DNA of 64,000 nucleotides from Eledone cirrhosa (Eukaryota): contig OZ024753.1 of assembly GCA_964016885.1 (NCBI GenBank), positions 3,348,001-3,412,000 of the forward strand. The letters are read 5' to 3'. Positions 1 through 12,407 of the stretch are shown piece after piece (position 1 is the first letter of the stretch; each line of letters begins with the position of its first letter). The notes under the pieces were generated by a model. The model was not told the origin of the DNA and did no database searches. It saw nothing but the letters and a program-made list of their open reading frames with translations. The position numbers and the translations under genes were made by a program.

Positions 1-251
1 AATAAGGCATTTAGGAGGCGGTTCTTTATCAAGATACTGCATCGGCTGCAGCAACAGCAGTAGCAGCACCAGCTGTAGGGATTAATTGCTAGAAGATATA
101 GCAATATTTTAATTAGATTTTCTTCTCGGATGTTGAAGCTCAAATGAACTCATCATCACCATTTATAGAAACGTTATCTATATAAAGATCGTTCAGGTAT
201 GACTGTGTAGAATCACTAGATAATTTAAGAGGGGGAAAGTATATGTCGGCC

Positions 252-314
<63 letters not shown>

Positions 315-354
315 TACATACTGACTTACACACACAGACACACACACACATATA

Positions 355-408
<54 letters not shown>

Positions 409-483
409 AACACAAACACACACACACATATATATATGTATATATATATATATATATATATACAAACACAAACACACACAGTA

Positions 484-693
484 ATGTGGTCGTGTGGGAG
501 ACACGGTAAAAAGGCTCCCAGTCCACACTGTAAATGTGGTTGGTGTTAGGAAGGGCATCCAGCCGTAGAAAACTTGCCAGGGACAGTTCTGTACGAGCGG
601 GACACGGTCTCCCGACCAATCTCATCTCAAGTGGGACAAAACTGTCCAACCCATGGTAGCGTGGAAGATGGACGTTAAACGATGATGATGATG
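484..693 (+). mobile_element. 3' part of an interspersed retroposon (SINE/LINE tail) ending in (GAT)n
   Basis: GTGGTTGGTGTTAGGAAGGGCATCCAGCCGTAGAAAAC...GGACGTTAAACGATGATGATGATGA; a short tandem-repeat tail is typical of non-LTR retroposons; family recalled as an octopus repeat, not verified. Confidence 0.6.
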
Positions 694-1208
694 ATATATA
701 TATATGCGTGTGTGTTTGTGTGTCTGTGTGTCTGTGTGTGTGTATTTGTATATATAAACAAATATGTCATGTACACATGCATATAATAGATGCCATGCAT
801 ACATATGCAGGTTTAACCCATCAATCATTATTTATGGTCAAGTTGTGTCTCCTGAGGGTCATGTATATTTATATAGGGTGAGGTCCCTCTATATTTATAT
901 ACTGTCAATCAAAGGTTAAATATATAAACCAGTAAGATTATATAGAGAACTTTGCCCTAGCTCTAACACCTGACTTACATCAGAACTAATAGTAACTGCA
1001 TTGTCTATAAACCTTACATGCTTCAGTGGAAAATATGGTTAGTTTACAGAAATGCTTCGCACTGCACGTACACACACACACACGCATATACACAATCACG
1101 AATACAAATGAACATATATGCAATTATATAAGGGTGCATACATCATTTTATATGCATACACTCAGTCATGCAGCTTTCTCTCTCTTTATATATATATATA
1201 TAACTATT

Positions 1209-1382
<174 letters not shown>

Positions 1383-1590
1383 TAATGAGGGTGAAATAGA
1401 GAGATGCACTCATCAAAATGGCTGCAATTAAGGCAAATGAAGAGGAATTTAATTAAACATAAATGCTTCTTGCTTTATTACAAGTTGTGATTTCCTGGTC
1501 ACTTGGGCTTTTGAAACGTCTTCTAATTATCAAATTTGCTAAAATTTAATTACAGAATGGAAGTATATCAGCATTAAAATGCAAATAAAA

Positions 1591-1622
<32 letters not shown>

Positions 1623-1872
1623 ATCTCACCTATATCAAGCGTAAAACTAATAATATATTTCTTTATTGTACTGTGTCGTTTACTTTGTTGTTTCTGTCTG
1701 CCATTTGCATACGTAAAGTATCTTTACCAAAACACAGCCACTGCTATTGCTATTAACTAATAAGTGTGCACTCTGAAGTGCATCGAGATGCAGTTCCACA
1801 ACTGCAATTTTATTGAGTTAGTGAGTCATGGCCGGAGATCGTTGAAATAACATCACTGACTTTGTAAACCCT

Positions 1873-1947
<75 letters not shown>

Positions 1948-2043
1948 CCAATGATGGTTGGCATAGTAATGGTCTAGGATTTTACTACATCGATTTCGAT
2001 TATATATATATAAAGGATCGAACGACTTTCGTCAAATCGAACC

Positions 2044-2145
2044 GTGAAATAAAGTGTCTTGCTCAAGGACATAACGCATCGCCCGGTCCGGGAATCGAAC
2101 TCACAACCTCAAGATTGTGAATCTAATTCTCTAACCACTGAGCCA
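2044..2145 (-). mobile_element. tRNA-derived SINE family C, 5' part
   Basis: minus strand has A box GGCTCAGTGGTTAG and B box GAGTTCGATTCCC, then CCTTGAGCAAGACACTTTATTTCAC shared with 2169-2272 and 12985-13473. Confidence 0.75.
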
Positions 2146-2168
2146 AATATATATTTATATATATATTT

Positions 2169-2272
2169 GTGAAGGCATGTGGCTGGATTCGCAATCGTGA
2201 GGTTGTCAGTTCGATTCCTAGACCAGGTGATGTGTTATGACCTTGAGCAAGACACTTTATTTCACGTTGCTC
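2169..2272 (+). mobile_element. tRNA-derived SINE family C, 5' part
   Basis: GTGAAGGCATGTGGCT...GTTCGATTCC...CCTTGAGCAAGACACTTTATTTCACGTTGC. Confidence 0.75.
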
Positions 2273-2434
2273 CTTCTACCTGGAATTGCGACCGATAGAT
2301 AGTATTAGCAATTGGAAAGACAAACGGAAACATTGTTTTCCCGGTCCAATTTGAAGAAAGTCGATCGACAAAATAAAATATATATATATATACGATATTA
2401 AATAAATGGAAATTATATTTATAAAACCATATTT

Positions 2435-2609
2435 ATTTCATTATATATAACCGCCGAGGTTAACTTTGCCTTTCATCCTTTCGGGGTCGATAAAATAAAG
2501 TACCAGTAATTTACTGGGTAATTTCTGGCCTTGTGCCAATAGTAGAAACAATTATATATATTTCAGGGATATCATATTAAAAATATGTTATGCCTTCTTC
2601 AGACAAAAT
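2435..2609 (-). ncRNA. type I hammerhead ribozyme motif split by a SINE insertion
   Basis: after removing the SINE and one TSD: ATTTTGT-CTGAAGA-long stem II (2565-2595)-GAAA-TATATA-TA-ATGAAAT, overlapping AATAAA. Confidence 0.65.
2451..2550 (+). mobile_element. SINE family A, 5'-truncated, TSD ATTATATATA
   Basis: core CCGCCGAGGTTAACTTTGCCTTTCATCC..GGGGTCGATAAAATAAAGTACCAGT; TSD at 2440-2449 and 2551-2560. Confidence 0.9.
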
Positions 2610-2704
2610 ACAATATAGACAGTCTTATAAATAAATAGATTCGACATACCGTTCAACATCGACTTGCATTTGAAAAGTTGATATATATATATATATATAT
2701 ATAT

Positions 2705-2852
2705 AGAAGATCTTCTACGTGACTAGAACTGTTTCATTCGTGAGAAATCATCAGGAAGTCCTGTAGAAGCTCTTCTATATTAAAACTTTTATACTCTGCT
2801 ATGTATTGAGTACCTTACTTACTGTGGTTACCTCCGATTCAACCAGGAATAA
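2705..2852. mobile_element. (TA)n-embedded PLE-like terminal fragment with hammerhead-like motif (family H1)
   Basis: minus strand CTGATGA-TTTCTCACGAAT-GAAACAGTT (core 2748-2754); tail TATTGAGTACCTTACTTACTGTGGTTACC shared with 12625-12692 and 25824-25981. Confidence 0.6.
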
Positions 2853-2867
2853 CTTATATATATATAT

Positions 2868-3009
2868 ATGAAAAGATTCAGGACCCCGATGGCTGAGCTC
2901 CAGCCGTTTCGACAGCTAGATCCGAATCTTTTCATATTACTCACTCTACTACCCCAAGTATCGAGTACTCTGGTGGATTATGGTCCACCAGGTATTTTAC
3001 CACAGCCTA

Positions 3010-3014
<5 letters not shown>
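2868..3014. mobile_element. (TA)n-embedded PLE-like fragment (family H2) with an inverted hammerhead 3' half
   Basis: homologous to 35694-35803 and 44609-44836; arms ATGAAAAGATTC/GAATCTTTTCAT surround an inverted GAAACGGCTGGAGCTCAGCCATC. Confidence 0.6.
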
Positions 3015-3062
<48 letters not shown>

Positions 3063-3245
3063 TATACATATAGAAAGATTTGAATGGATACAGTTTAGTT
3101 GAAAGGAATTTATTGACACGTGTTTCTATAACAGTTACATAACCTAAAACCGTCGAGCAAACTCTACGTGAGCTGATAATCTACTGTGTGTAATATTTAT
3201 ATTACAACACAACGGAAAATACTGTATATATATACATATATATAC

Positions 3246-3295
<50 letters not shown>

Positions 3296-3583
3296 ATATA
3301 TGTGTGTGTATATATATATATATGCGTGTATACATGTGCATGCACTCATTTTTTCTTCTAAATACAGATGTATAAACGTAGATATCTCTATCTGTATTCG
3401 TATGTGTGGATGTACGAGCAGCGTCACGACGACCACCGCCACCACCACAGCCACCACCACAACCACCACCACCATTATCATCGTCTACCTGATCATCATC
3501 ATCAAAATCGTCACTCTCCAAACATCATTAGCATCATCGCTATTACAATAGTCATCGCCCTAATCATCATTATAGATATCTAT

Positions 3584-3765
3584 CGGTAGATTGGCAGTAT
3601 GGGTAGAGGGTCGGACGCCATGCTTTCCAGCATAGTTACGTCCCTTTACGATCTGAGTTAAAATCCCGCCGAGGTTGACTTTGCCTTTCATCCTTACGGG
3701 GTCGATAAAATAAAGTACCAGTAATGCACTGGGTAATTGCTGGCCTTGTGCCTAAAGTAGAAACA
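3584..3765 (+). mobile_element. SINE family A, near full length, 15-bp TSD
   Basis: tRNA-like head (TGGCAGTATGGGTAG; GAGTTAAAATCCC) plus conserved core; TSD ATTATAGATATCTAT at 3569-3583 and 3766-3780. Confidence 0.92.
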
Positions 3766-4564
3766 ATTATAGATATCTATTATATTGTCAGAAGCCGTCA
3801 TGTATTCGACGTTTTATTATATATAATCTCTGACGTAATTTACAGCTTAATTTTGGAAGGAACACTCTGTCGTTCTTCTATATCTTTCCTGATTCCAGCT
3901 TCTTTATTTCATGAGGGGTCATTTATTATGTGACCCTGGCAAATATTCCTCATTCTGAATATTCTGTCATGCGTGTTCGATAAACGGAATTAGTGATATA
4001 CCGAAGGTGGCGTGTTACTGACTCCTAGGAGTTACGTTTGTGTTCTACTTACTATCTCGACTGCACATGACATAAATGTATGGACACGTACTCACACACA
4101 TTGATACATATACACACATACAAACACAAAAGCATACCTGTTCCCATCCATGCACACAAACACACACACAAATCACTGATTATTTCATAAACATGTGTAC
4201 CTATAATATAGTACTCAGAGTCGTCCCACGCCTTGTGAGTGGCATTGGTAGAGGGAGGCTGTATGTAAGTCTGTTAGATGGGATGTTTGACAAAGCTGGT
4301 TCTTTAAACTGCAACTCATTTTTGAGCAAAATGGATTTCAACTACTAAAATATAACTGTCTTGTTCAAGCATGTAGCGCACTGCTTGGAATCGAACACCT
4401 TCCTTATGTTTCTATGCACACACTCGCACACACATACACACATACATATATACATATATATATATACACACAGACACACACATATATATATAATCAAATG
4501 AAAAGGATATATATATATATATATAAAATAAAAGGATATATATATATATATATAAAATAAAAGG

Positions 4565-4729
<165 letters not shown>

Positions 4730-4775
4730 AGCACCAACGAATCGATAATAACAACACTGTTATTATTATTAAAAT

Positions 4776-4812
<37 letters not shown>

Positions 4813-4867
4813 ATGTATATATATGTATATATGTATGTATGTATATAGATATATGTATATATATATA

Positions 4868-4914
<47 letters not shown>

Positions 4915-5469
4915 GTGTGCATTAGATAGGGGGAGAGATCATCTCACTTTATCTTGAATTTCTGTGTTAATTGTTGTTTCTCAGAAGATCGAGAACTGGT
5001 ATTTAGCAGTAATGAGAGTTCTTGTGTGTGTGAGAGAGATTTAGTAGTAATAACTCTGATGAGGAGAGAAAGAAGGAGAGAGAGGGACTGAGATTTAGTA
5101 ACTGATTGTTCATAACAGAGAGAAGTGGTGACAGTAATACTTATGTTATTGTTGGCAACGATTTTAAGAAGGTTATTGGGACTAAATAACTGATTGGTCG
5201 GTCGGTAAGTTCACAACAGATTATCACTAGATTATAGATAATGATTATACGTGTTATATACATACAATAGTGGGAGTTATATAAGCCGATCACTAACAGC
5301 TTTCGTTGGTTATTAAACTAGTTTTCGTCAAGTTAATACCTGATTATGGCAAGCACTGAACATTAGTAAGTGGTTTGTTCTTGGCAAACGCTGAATATGA
5401 TACAGTTTAAATCTTTCCTTTTCGACATTTCGGTTCAGTTACTCTAGTAATTGTAGTAGCAGTATGACC

Positions 5470-5672
5470 GAATGGTTCAGAAATTCACTTCGTTATCATT
5501 TGGTTCCTGGTTCAATCCCACATTCCGGCATCTTGGGCGAATGCCATTTATCATAACCTCGAGTCGTCTCAAGCATATAAGTGGCATTGATAGAGGGAGA
5601 TTATTTGGATGTCTGTCAGATAGAATGTTCCTATAATTCAAAAGGTCAGTCTTGCCAAATATCGTGTCATAC
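5470..5672 (+). mobile_element. degenerate tRNA-derived SINE family B
   Basis: GGTTCAATCCCAC..GGCATCTTGGGC.. then TAATTCAAAAGGTCAGTCTTG; similar to 14287-14570 and 37190-37335. Confidence 0.55.
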
Positions 5673-5693
5673 AGGAAATAAAAGGTAGTCCAA

Positions 5694-5749
<56 letters not shown>

Positions 5750-5931
5750 TAAAACATGTCTATAGAATGACCAGATAAAATATATACCAATTAGCATAAT
5801 TAACCATATACAAAATCGAATAGACCAAGCTATAAGAATAAGGCTTCTATGAAGAAATCTCCAACAAATAACCGAAACCAGCCCTTCGCGCCGGCTGCGA
5901 CGGAATATTTGCCGAATATATATATATATAT

Positions 5932-6206
5932 ATAATATAAGATCAAAAGATGGTTAAAGGAGTTCCATATATTTTATTATGCGCATTTCAAAAACAAACA
6001 TCATCAAGCAATAATATTTGTGTTTTCATCAGATAAAACAGGAGAACATGATGATGTTTGTTTTTGAAATGCGCATAATAAAATATATGGAACTCCTTTA
6101 ACCATCTTTTGATCTTATATTATGCATACTCCAGTCCCACAAACTGTAGAGTGCTTCTTATCCGATATCTGCATTGCTTTATTGTACTACAATAAAACTC
6201 ACCTCC

Positions 6207-6210
<4 letters not shown>
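5932..6210. mobile_element. (TA)n-embedded fold-back element (family H3), 75-bp perfect arms, hammerhead-like motif
   Basis: arms 5932-6006 and 6049-6123; TGATGA..GAAA-TGCGCA-TA running into AATAAA. Confidence 0.65.
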
Positions 6211-6256
<46 letters not shown>

Positions 6257-6352
6257 GGTAGTCCAAATATATATATAAATTTGGACTACCTTTTATTTTC
6301 AGTATGACACGGATTCAGTATGACACTGTATTTGGCAAGAGTGACCTTTTGA

Positions 6353-6425
<73 letters not shown>

Positions 6426-6666
6426 ATAAATATATATGTATATATATGTATGTATGTGTATAAATATATATGTATGTATATGTGTATATATATATGCGTA
6501 TATATATATAAGAAAAACGAGGAAGTTTTGTTTACATATGAAAACTATTTATTGCGTATCGAACTCTTACGCACGTTTCGTAGAGGATTGGCTCAAGGTG
6601 ACCCATAGAAGTTATGGACCCGACTCCAGTATCGATCTGCTTCTCAGACTGGTGATACGACAAAAG

Positions 6667-6697
<31 letters not shown>

Positions 6698-6909
6698 GTA
6701 TTGTGTGTATGTGTGCGTGTGTGTGTATGATGCACGCGATACGTATATGGATGGGGTATGGACCAGTAACCTATGGTAGACAAGTAGTGGCACCGGAGTA
6801 GCATTTAACATTTCTTGGATAAATTAATCCCGAGGGAGCTAATGCCGCTCTAGATCTGAAGACATCAGAATTTCTCCAGAATGAGAGAGGGTGATATAAT
6901 AGTATAGAG

Positions 6910-7215
6910 CAGGGGTTCTCAACCTTTTTTTCGCTGTGGACCACCAAAATAAGTAATTTTTTCCTGTGGACCACCTAAACTTTTAAATCTTTTGTAATAA
7001 AACTGCTACTTATAAGCTTCAGTAGATGTTTTTTTTCAATGAATTAGAAAATGCTATTATAATGTCGCAGTGCCTAAATAAACAGCTGAAGTCGTACTCA
7101 TGCGAAGAATAAGAACAGCGCTTTAAGTCAAATGCATGGATCAAAAAAGAATTTGCTATTGAAAATTTTCTGTGGATCACCTGAATTTTCCTGTGGACCA
7201 GGTTGAGATCCCCTG
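6910..7215. mobile_element. non-autonomous hAT (Charlie-like) DNA transposon / MITE
   Basis: TIRs CAGGGGTTCTCAACCT / AGGTTGAGATCCCCTG; 8-bp TSD GTATAGAG at 6902-6909 and 7216-7223; subterminal CTGTGGACCA repeats at both ends. Confidence 0.9.
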
Positions 7216-7854
7216 GTATAGAGGAATTGATAGAGGGGAAATGACAGAGAAAGTGATAGAGAGGAAGTGTTAGAGGAGTAAAAACTACCCCAGTACTGGT
7301 TTGCGAAATGATGAAAGGCAGTGTTGCCATTGCTGGATTTGAACTGAGATACCTAAGTCAAACTTAGTCACGATACCTCAGTCAAACTGTTAACACTTCT
7401 CATAATACAGAGTTAGTCTTATGATTCTCTAGAAAGTAGAGACATATTTCTGGAACAAAAGGGCAGTTTTAAAAGCAGTACCTAATATGGAGGGAAAGTA
7501 TAAGTTGGGTAAATACGTGGGAAGTTGGAATTCATATACCTCTCCCATCGACATAGATCTATAATTTGAACCCTCTGTGCTGAGATATGTTTGTAATATG
7601 TACCTTCCTCTATTTCACTCGTGCGTAACTCATCCCCATCCTTCATATATTTCACCACCGTTCTACAAATTACCGTTTTCGTTAACTATCATTCCCCTCC
7701 CCCCTCCCCCCACCAAAACATATTTCAGAGCTTGCATCATATTATGATATTTGCGTGTATGTGTGTGTGTATGCATGTGTGTGTATGCATGTGTGTGTAT
7801 GCATGTGAGCATGCATGCATTCGTGTTCGTATGTAAGTATGTATACGCTGATGA

Positions 7855-7919
<65 letters not shown>

Positions 7920-7942
7920 AATATATACATATAAGTACACAC

Positions 7943-7993
<51 letters not shown>

Positions 7994-8006
7994 CATACAT
8001 ACATAT

Positions 8007-8084
<78 letters not shown>

Positions 8085-8303
8085 ATAATAATAAATTTGA
8101 AGACTAAAATCCAAAGAGGGCTCGATAAGGATAACTATATATCAAATATATAAGAACCGTAGAGCAAATATTTATTAAAATAACAGATTAAAGTTTAAGC
8201 AAAGAATCGCTGCTTTCACCCTTAACGGGATCTTCTGAAAACTCAAAAGAAGATCCCGTTAAGGGTGAAAGCAGCGATTCTTTGCTTAAAATTTAATCTG
8301 TTA

Positions 8304-8311
<8 letters not shown>
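8085..8311. mobile_element. (TA)n-embedded fold-back element (family H4)
   Basis: near-perfect hairpin 8173-8311 with ~64-bp arms; homologous unfolded copy at 12056-12199 and fragment at 12714-12770. Confidence 0.7.
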
Positions 8312-8342
<31 letters not shown>

Positions 8343-9054
8343 CTTTCTCTATGTAGGTATATATAAATATGAGAGGGGCTGTAAGAGAGAAATACACACA
8401 CATATATATATATATATGTATATATATATATTAATATGTATGAATTTATGCCTCTCCTTTCTCTCTTTTTGTATATATCCTTAACTGTTTTATTTTATGA
8501 ATAACTTTTGATGCCATTATGCGTGGGAGTAGAATGTCGGCGGTGTTAATTGTTAGAAATAAGAGTCACACCTTAACTCTGCTGGGAAATAAATATCATT
8601 GGCTAATCACATCATTTCGTCATAGTTATATAGTTTTTGATCTCTCTGGAGTCCTTACGAGATGCACACATCAACGAGATATAGCGGAATGAAAGAGAAC
8701 AAAATAGCTAAAAGACAAAAAGAAACAAGAAATTCCACGCGAAGGAAAGGAAAATACGAGAAAGACAAAGTTAGAGTACATGAAAGAAGGTCAGAGATAA
8801 ATATATAAATACATGAAAAAATAGATAAATAAACAAAGTAATGATAAAAGAAAGATGAAAAGAAGAGACATAAGATAAAGTCTGAATGGAGGAAATGATA
8901 AAACGGAGGAATAAGGTAAATGTAAAAAAATAAAATAAATAATAATAATAATAATAAATAACGAAAGTTTTAAAGAAATAAAAGTGAAAAATTAGGTGAG
9001 TAAAGAATCGTAAAAGATAGCAGATGTTAGCTTGGATCTTCCGTCAGATTAGAC

Positions 9055-9352
9055 GATGATCATCTAGTTGTTTGATCAACTGAACGTTCTACATGTGAAA
9101 TGACTGTGTATGGTATTGAGTGTTCTTATTTTTATTCTCAAGCAGAATCAGTATGACGTAATATAGGATATGGCGGACCCTTTGAATTACATTCACAGTT
9201 TCTGTCTACCCCGATTTTTCTAGCAAGCTTGGATCATCAGCCCGAGGCTCTGGTAAAAGAAACCACCCACCGACTAAAAGATATTACAAAGTAGGATTAT
9301 TCCCAAACCCCGTGATTGCGAAGTGAACTTCAAAACCAATTGACCACGCATG
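9055..9352 (-). mobile_element. highly degenerate SINE family B copy
   Basis: patchy reverse-complement similarity to 14287-14570 and 59580-59795 (e.g. CCCTTTGAATTAC). Confidence 0.4.
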
Positions 9353-9586
9353 CGCTCACAAATAGAAAATGTAAGAGGAATGAATCGATCAGACATGACA
9401 TGAAGAGATAAAGAAAGAAGGGAGAATCTAAGAAGGACAGATCAGAAGAACTACAGAGAAGAAAAGTGATATTCTATTGAAAAGGGGGCAACACAGAGGA
9501 ATCTACGAGAAAGACAACTGAGGTCATTGAAAATGCGTGAAAGAGGAGAAGGAAGTGGAAAAGCAGGAAGTGGAGGAGGTGGGTAT

Positions 9587-9590
9587 GATA

Positions 9591-9630
<40 letters not shown>

Positions 9631-9660
9631 GGAGGAGGAGGAGGAGGAGGTGGTGGTGGA
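9587..9660. repeat. (GAT)n-(GAG)n-(GTG)n trinucleotide array
   Basis: directly visible. Confidence 0.9.
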
Positions 9661-11012
9661 TGGGGATGGGGGAGGAAGAAGAATAGGGGGTGATGGGGAG
9701 GGGAGATGGCTGAATGGTTAAGAAGTTGACTTCGTCCTATTGAGTTTCCGAGTTTGATTCCACTGGGTGGCATCTCGGGTAATGGTTCTTTACGGGGGCG
9801 GGTCTTGGGACGAACCGCATCATATGAGAAAATGTGGGTAGAAAAATACAAGGCAGAAGCCCACCTGATGGATAGGGATAATAATACATGTAAGAGAAAT
9901 GTCCAACCGTGTCATACACTGTGTTATGTTGATTTGGTCAGGAAAGTGCGTTTAGACTACACGTGCCTGTGTATTACTATGCCTCCTATTGATTTAACTA
10001 GTCGAATAATCAGTGATCAAAATGAATGATAATCTTCAAGACTGATGGGATATCGATCCTCAAGAGTGAAAGAGAATTTAAATAAATGTATTCGAGTATA
10101 GAAACCTGGTGGAAGTCTCGACCTGCCAAGAACTTATCGTTGGACGAGGTTTGATGTCAATGGAAGATGAAGGTAAAAGGAGGGAGGACATGGTGAAGAA
10201 GAGACAGAAGATGCGGTGGACGTAGTAGAGAAGATGGAGACAGAGGAGGGTGATGAAGGAGGGGAGTAGGAAGTGAGGCATCGTGGTGAGTTAGAGGTGA
10301 AGAAGTAGAGGGAAATAAGAACTTATCGTTGGAGTAAGTTTGTTGTCAATGGAAGAAGGCAAAGGAAAGGAACATGGGGGAGGGGAGAAGGTGAAGGTGA
10401 AGAAGTAGAAAGGAGGAAGATGTAGTAGAGAAGGGGAGAGGAGAGGAGAAGAGAGGAGTAGGGCCGAAAGAGAAGGTGAAGAAGTAGAATAGGAAGTGAA
10501 GGAGGGAGTGGAGAAGGAGGCGTGGATGGAGAAAATGGGGAGTGGAAGAAAGGAAAAAAAAACTTGAACAGGCGGGGGTTGATATGGAGAAGGATTGGGC
10601 ATGGTAGAGAATTAGAAGAAGAGAAAGACGTGGGGAAGAATGGTGGAGAGGGAGAAGAGAGAAAATGTTGAATGGGGGAAGAAGGGTGATGAAGAAAAAG
10701 AAGAGCAACAACTAATTGATGGTTTATGTATTTGAAAGGTGATGTTAAATGTGTTGAAAGTGATGTAAGGTACGTACATGGTTCCACACATGGGCTTTAC
10801 GTAAATTTTAACTTGTTTCTACTGTATGGCCTCCTAGAGGTCAATCAGTTTTTCATTCAATCATTACAAAAATTCTCAAAAGAATTCAATTTTTGGCAGG
10901 AAGAAGTAAAGAGGTGATGTGAGCAACTGATGGAAACAGACATAACGATTGATATATATATACGTATATATATATATATATATATACTATATATATATAT
11001 GTGTGTGTGTGT

Positions 11013-11093
<81 letters not shown>

Positions 11094-11800
11094 TTATATA
11101 TCTACATATATATATTATATATCTACCTATATATATATATTATTATATATCTACATATACATTTATATATATATATATAGGTGTGCGTGTCTGTGTATGT
11201 ATATAATATATATCTATAATGACAAGAAAGTCACCTATATATGACCTTCTTCTTTTTCTTCTTCTATTTTCTCGTCCCTCTCCTCATCCCCCGCCACCAC
11301 CTACAACTCCGCTTTCTCTTTTATCACGTCTTCTTTCCGATTATATATTACTTTATGTATCTATTTTTTTTTCTCTCACTAGTGTCTAAACATTATTCTA
11401 GGAAAGGAAATAGGAATCTGTGATAATGTTTGTCCCATTCATTCTCGTGGGAAAATAATCGTGTAAGAGAAGTGGGTAAGAACAACTGCCTCAGTTGTCA
11501 TCTTTATGCAATATATAGACATAATGAAATACAATATTAGTTACTGAAGTATTCAAAGAAAAAGAGTAGTTTATCTATGGCTGAAGAAAATGACCAGACA
11601 ATACAGGAAATTAGAAGAACACAATGATAGTGTAAGCTGTGATTTTTTATTTGTTGTTGTTAATTGTGTTCTTTGATCATATTGGAATTTAAGTCTAAAC
11701 TTTCAATATTCTTAACTGTAAGATAAAGTACTGTTCATATGTGACTAAAGTACAAATAAATCATTGGTTTATGATATATATACATATATATATATATATA

Positions 11801-12000
11801 TTAGAAAGTGAGGTTTTTTTTACAAAATGAGAAAAAAACGAGGTGTCCTACACGAGTGAAAGTATAAAGAAAAAAGATGAAATCGAAAATGCCACTGGAG
11901 TCTTTTTTTATAAAAATATATATTTATTTGGTTCCTTTCTCGGTTTCGCAGTTTTTCTGCTTTTCAAAAGTAGAATTGAGATGGAGGGTTTGTGGTTTTT
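11801..12000 (-). mobile_element. (TA)n-embedded PLE-like terminal fragment (family H5)
   Basis: reverse-complement homolog of 38678-38882; carries TTGAAAA-GCAG-loop-CTGC-GAAA on the minus strand. Confidence 0.7.
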
Positions 12001-12055
12001 ATCATATATATATCATTAAAAATAATAATAGTAATAATAATAAATGTGTATAATA

Positions 12056-12199
12056 AATAAAATCCGAAGAGGGCTTGATAAGGATAAAATATATAAAAAT
12101 ATATATAAAACCGTAGAGCAAATATTCAGAAGATCAGAAAATCCCGTTAAGGGTGAAAGTAGCGATTATTTGCTTAAACTTTTATCTGTTATTTTAAGA
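12056..12199 (+). mobile_element. family H4 copy with non-canonical hammerhead-like fold
   Basis: AGCAAATA..CAGAAGA..TCCCGTTAAGGGT-GAAA..TATTTGCT; homologous to 8085-8311. Confidence 0.55.
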
Positions 12200-12349
12200 T
12201 AGATATATACATAATATAAACTTGAAGGCGACTGCCCGGAGTAGCAACAGCTAATTTTTGGTCGCCTTCTCGTCTTGGGCATTACTCTCTGCTTTTCAGC
12301 CCCTTGGATTGTGTCTATTATTATATTCCTTTGTTGGATAAATTTCCGA

Positions 12350-12407
12350 ATACCTGATGATGTCACCGGATTCATACTGAACCCGGTCATTGAAATGTCC
12401 ATAGTAT
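12350..12407 (+). ncRNA. type I hammerhead ribozyme, canonical core
   Basis: ATAC-CTGATGA-stem II (ACCGG..TTCA-TAC-TGAA..CCGGT)-GAAA-TGTCCA-TA-GTAT; AATAAA at 12408-12413. Confidence 0.75.

Noticed and set aside
2712-2769. 13-bp stem I for the H1 hammerhead
   Set aside because: Comparison with 25824-25981 suggests this pairing comes from an inverted duplication of the 3' flank, so it is not counted as ribozyme evidence
3584-3670. tRNA gene
   Set aside because: A/B-box-like head of a SINE; no cloverleaf, and it continues into the SINE core
5057-5075. CTGATGAGGAGAGAAAG hammerhead-like string
   Set aside because: No stems I-III and no UH site; purine-rich context
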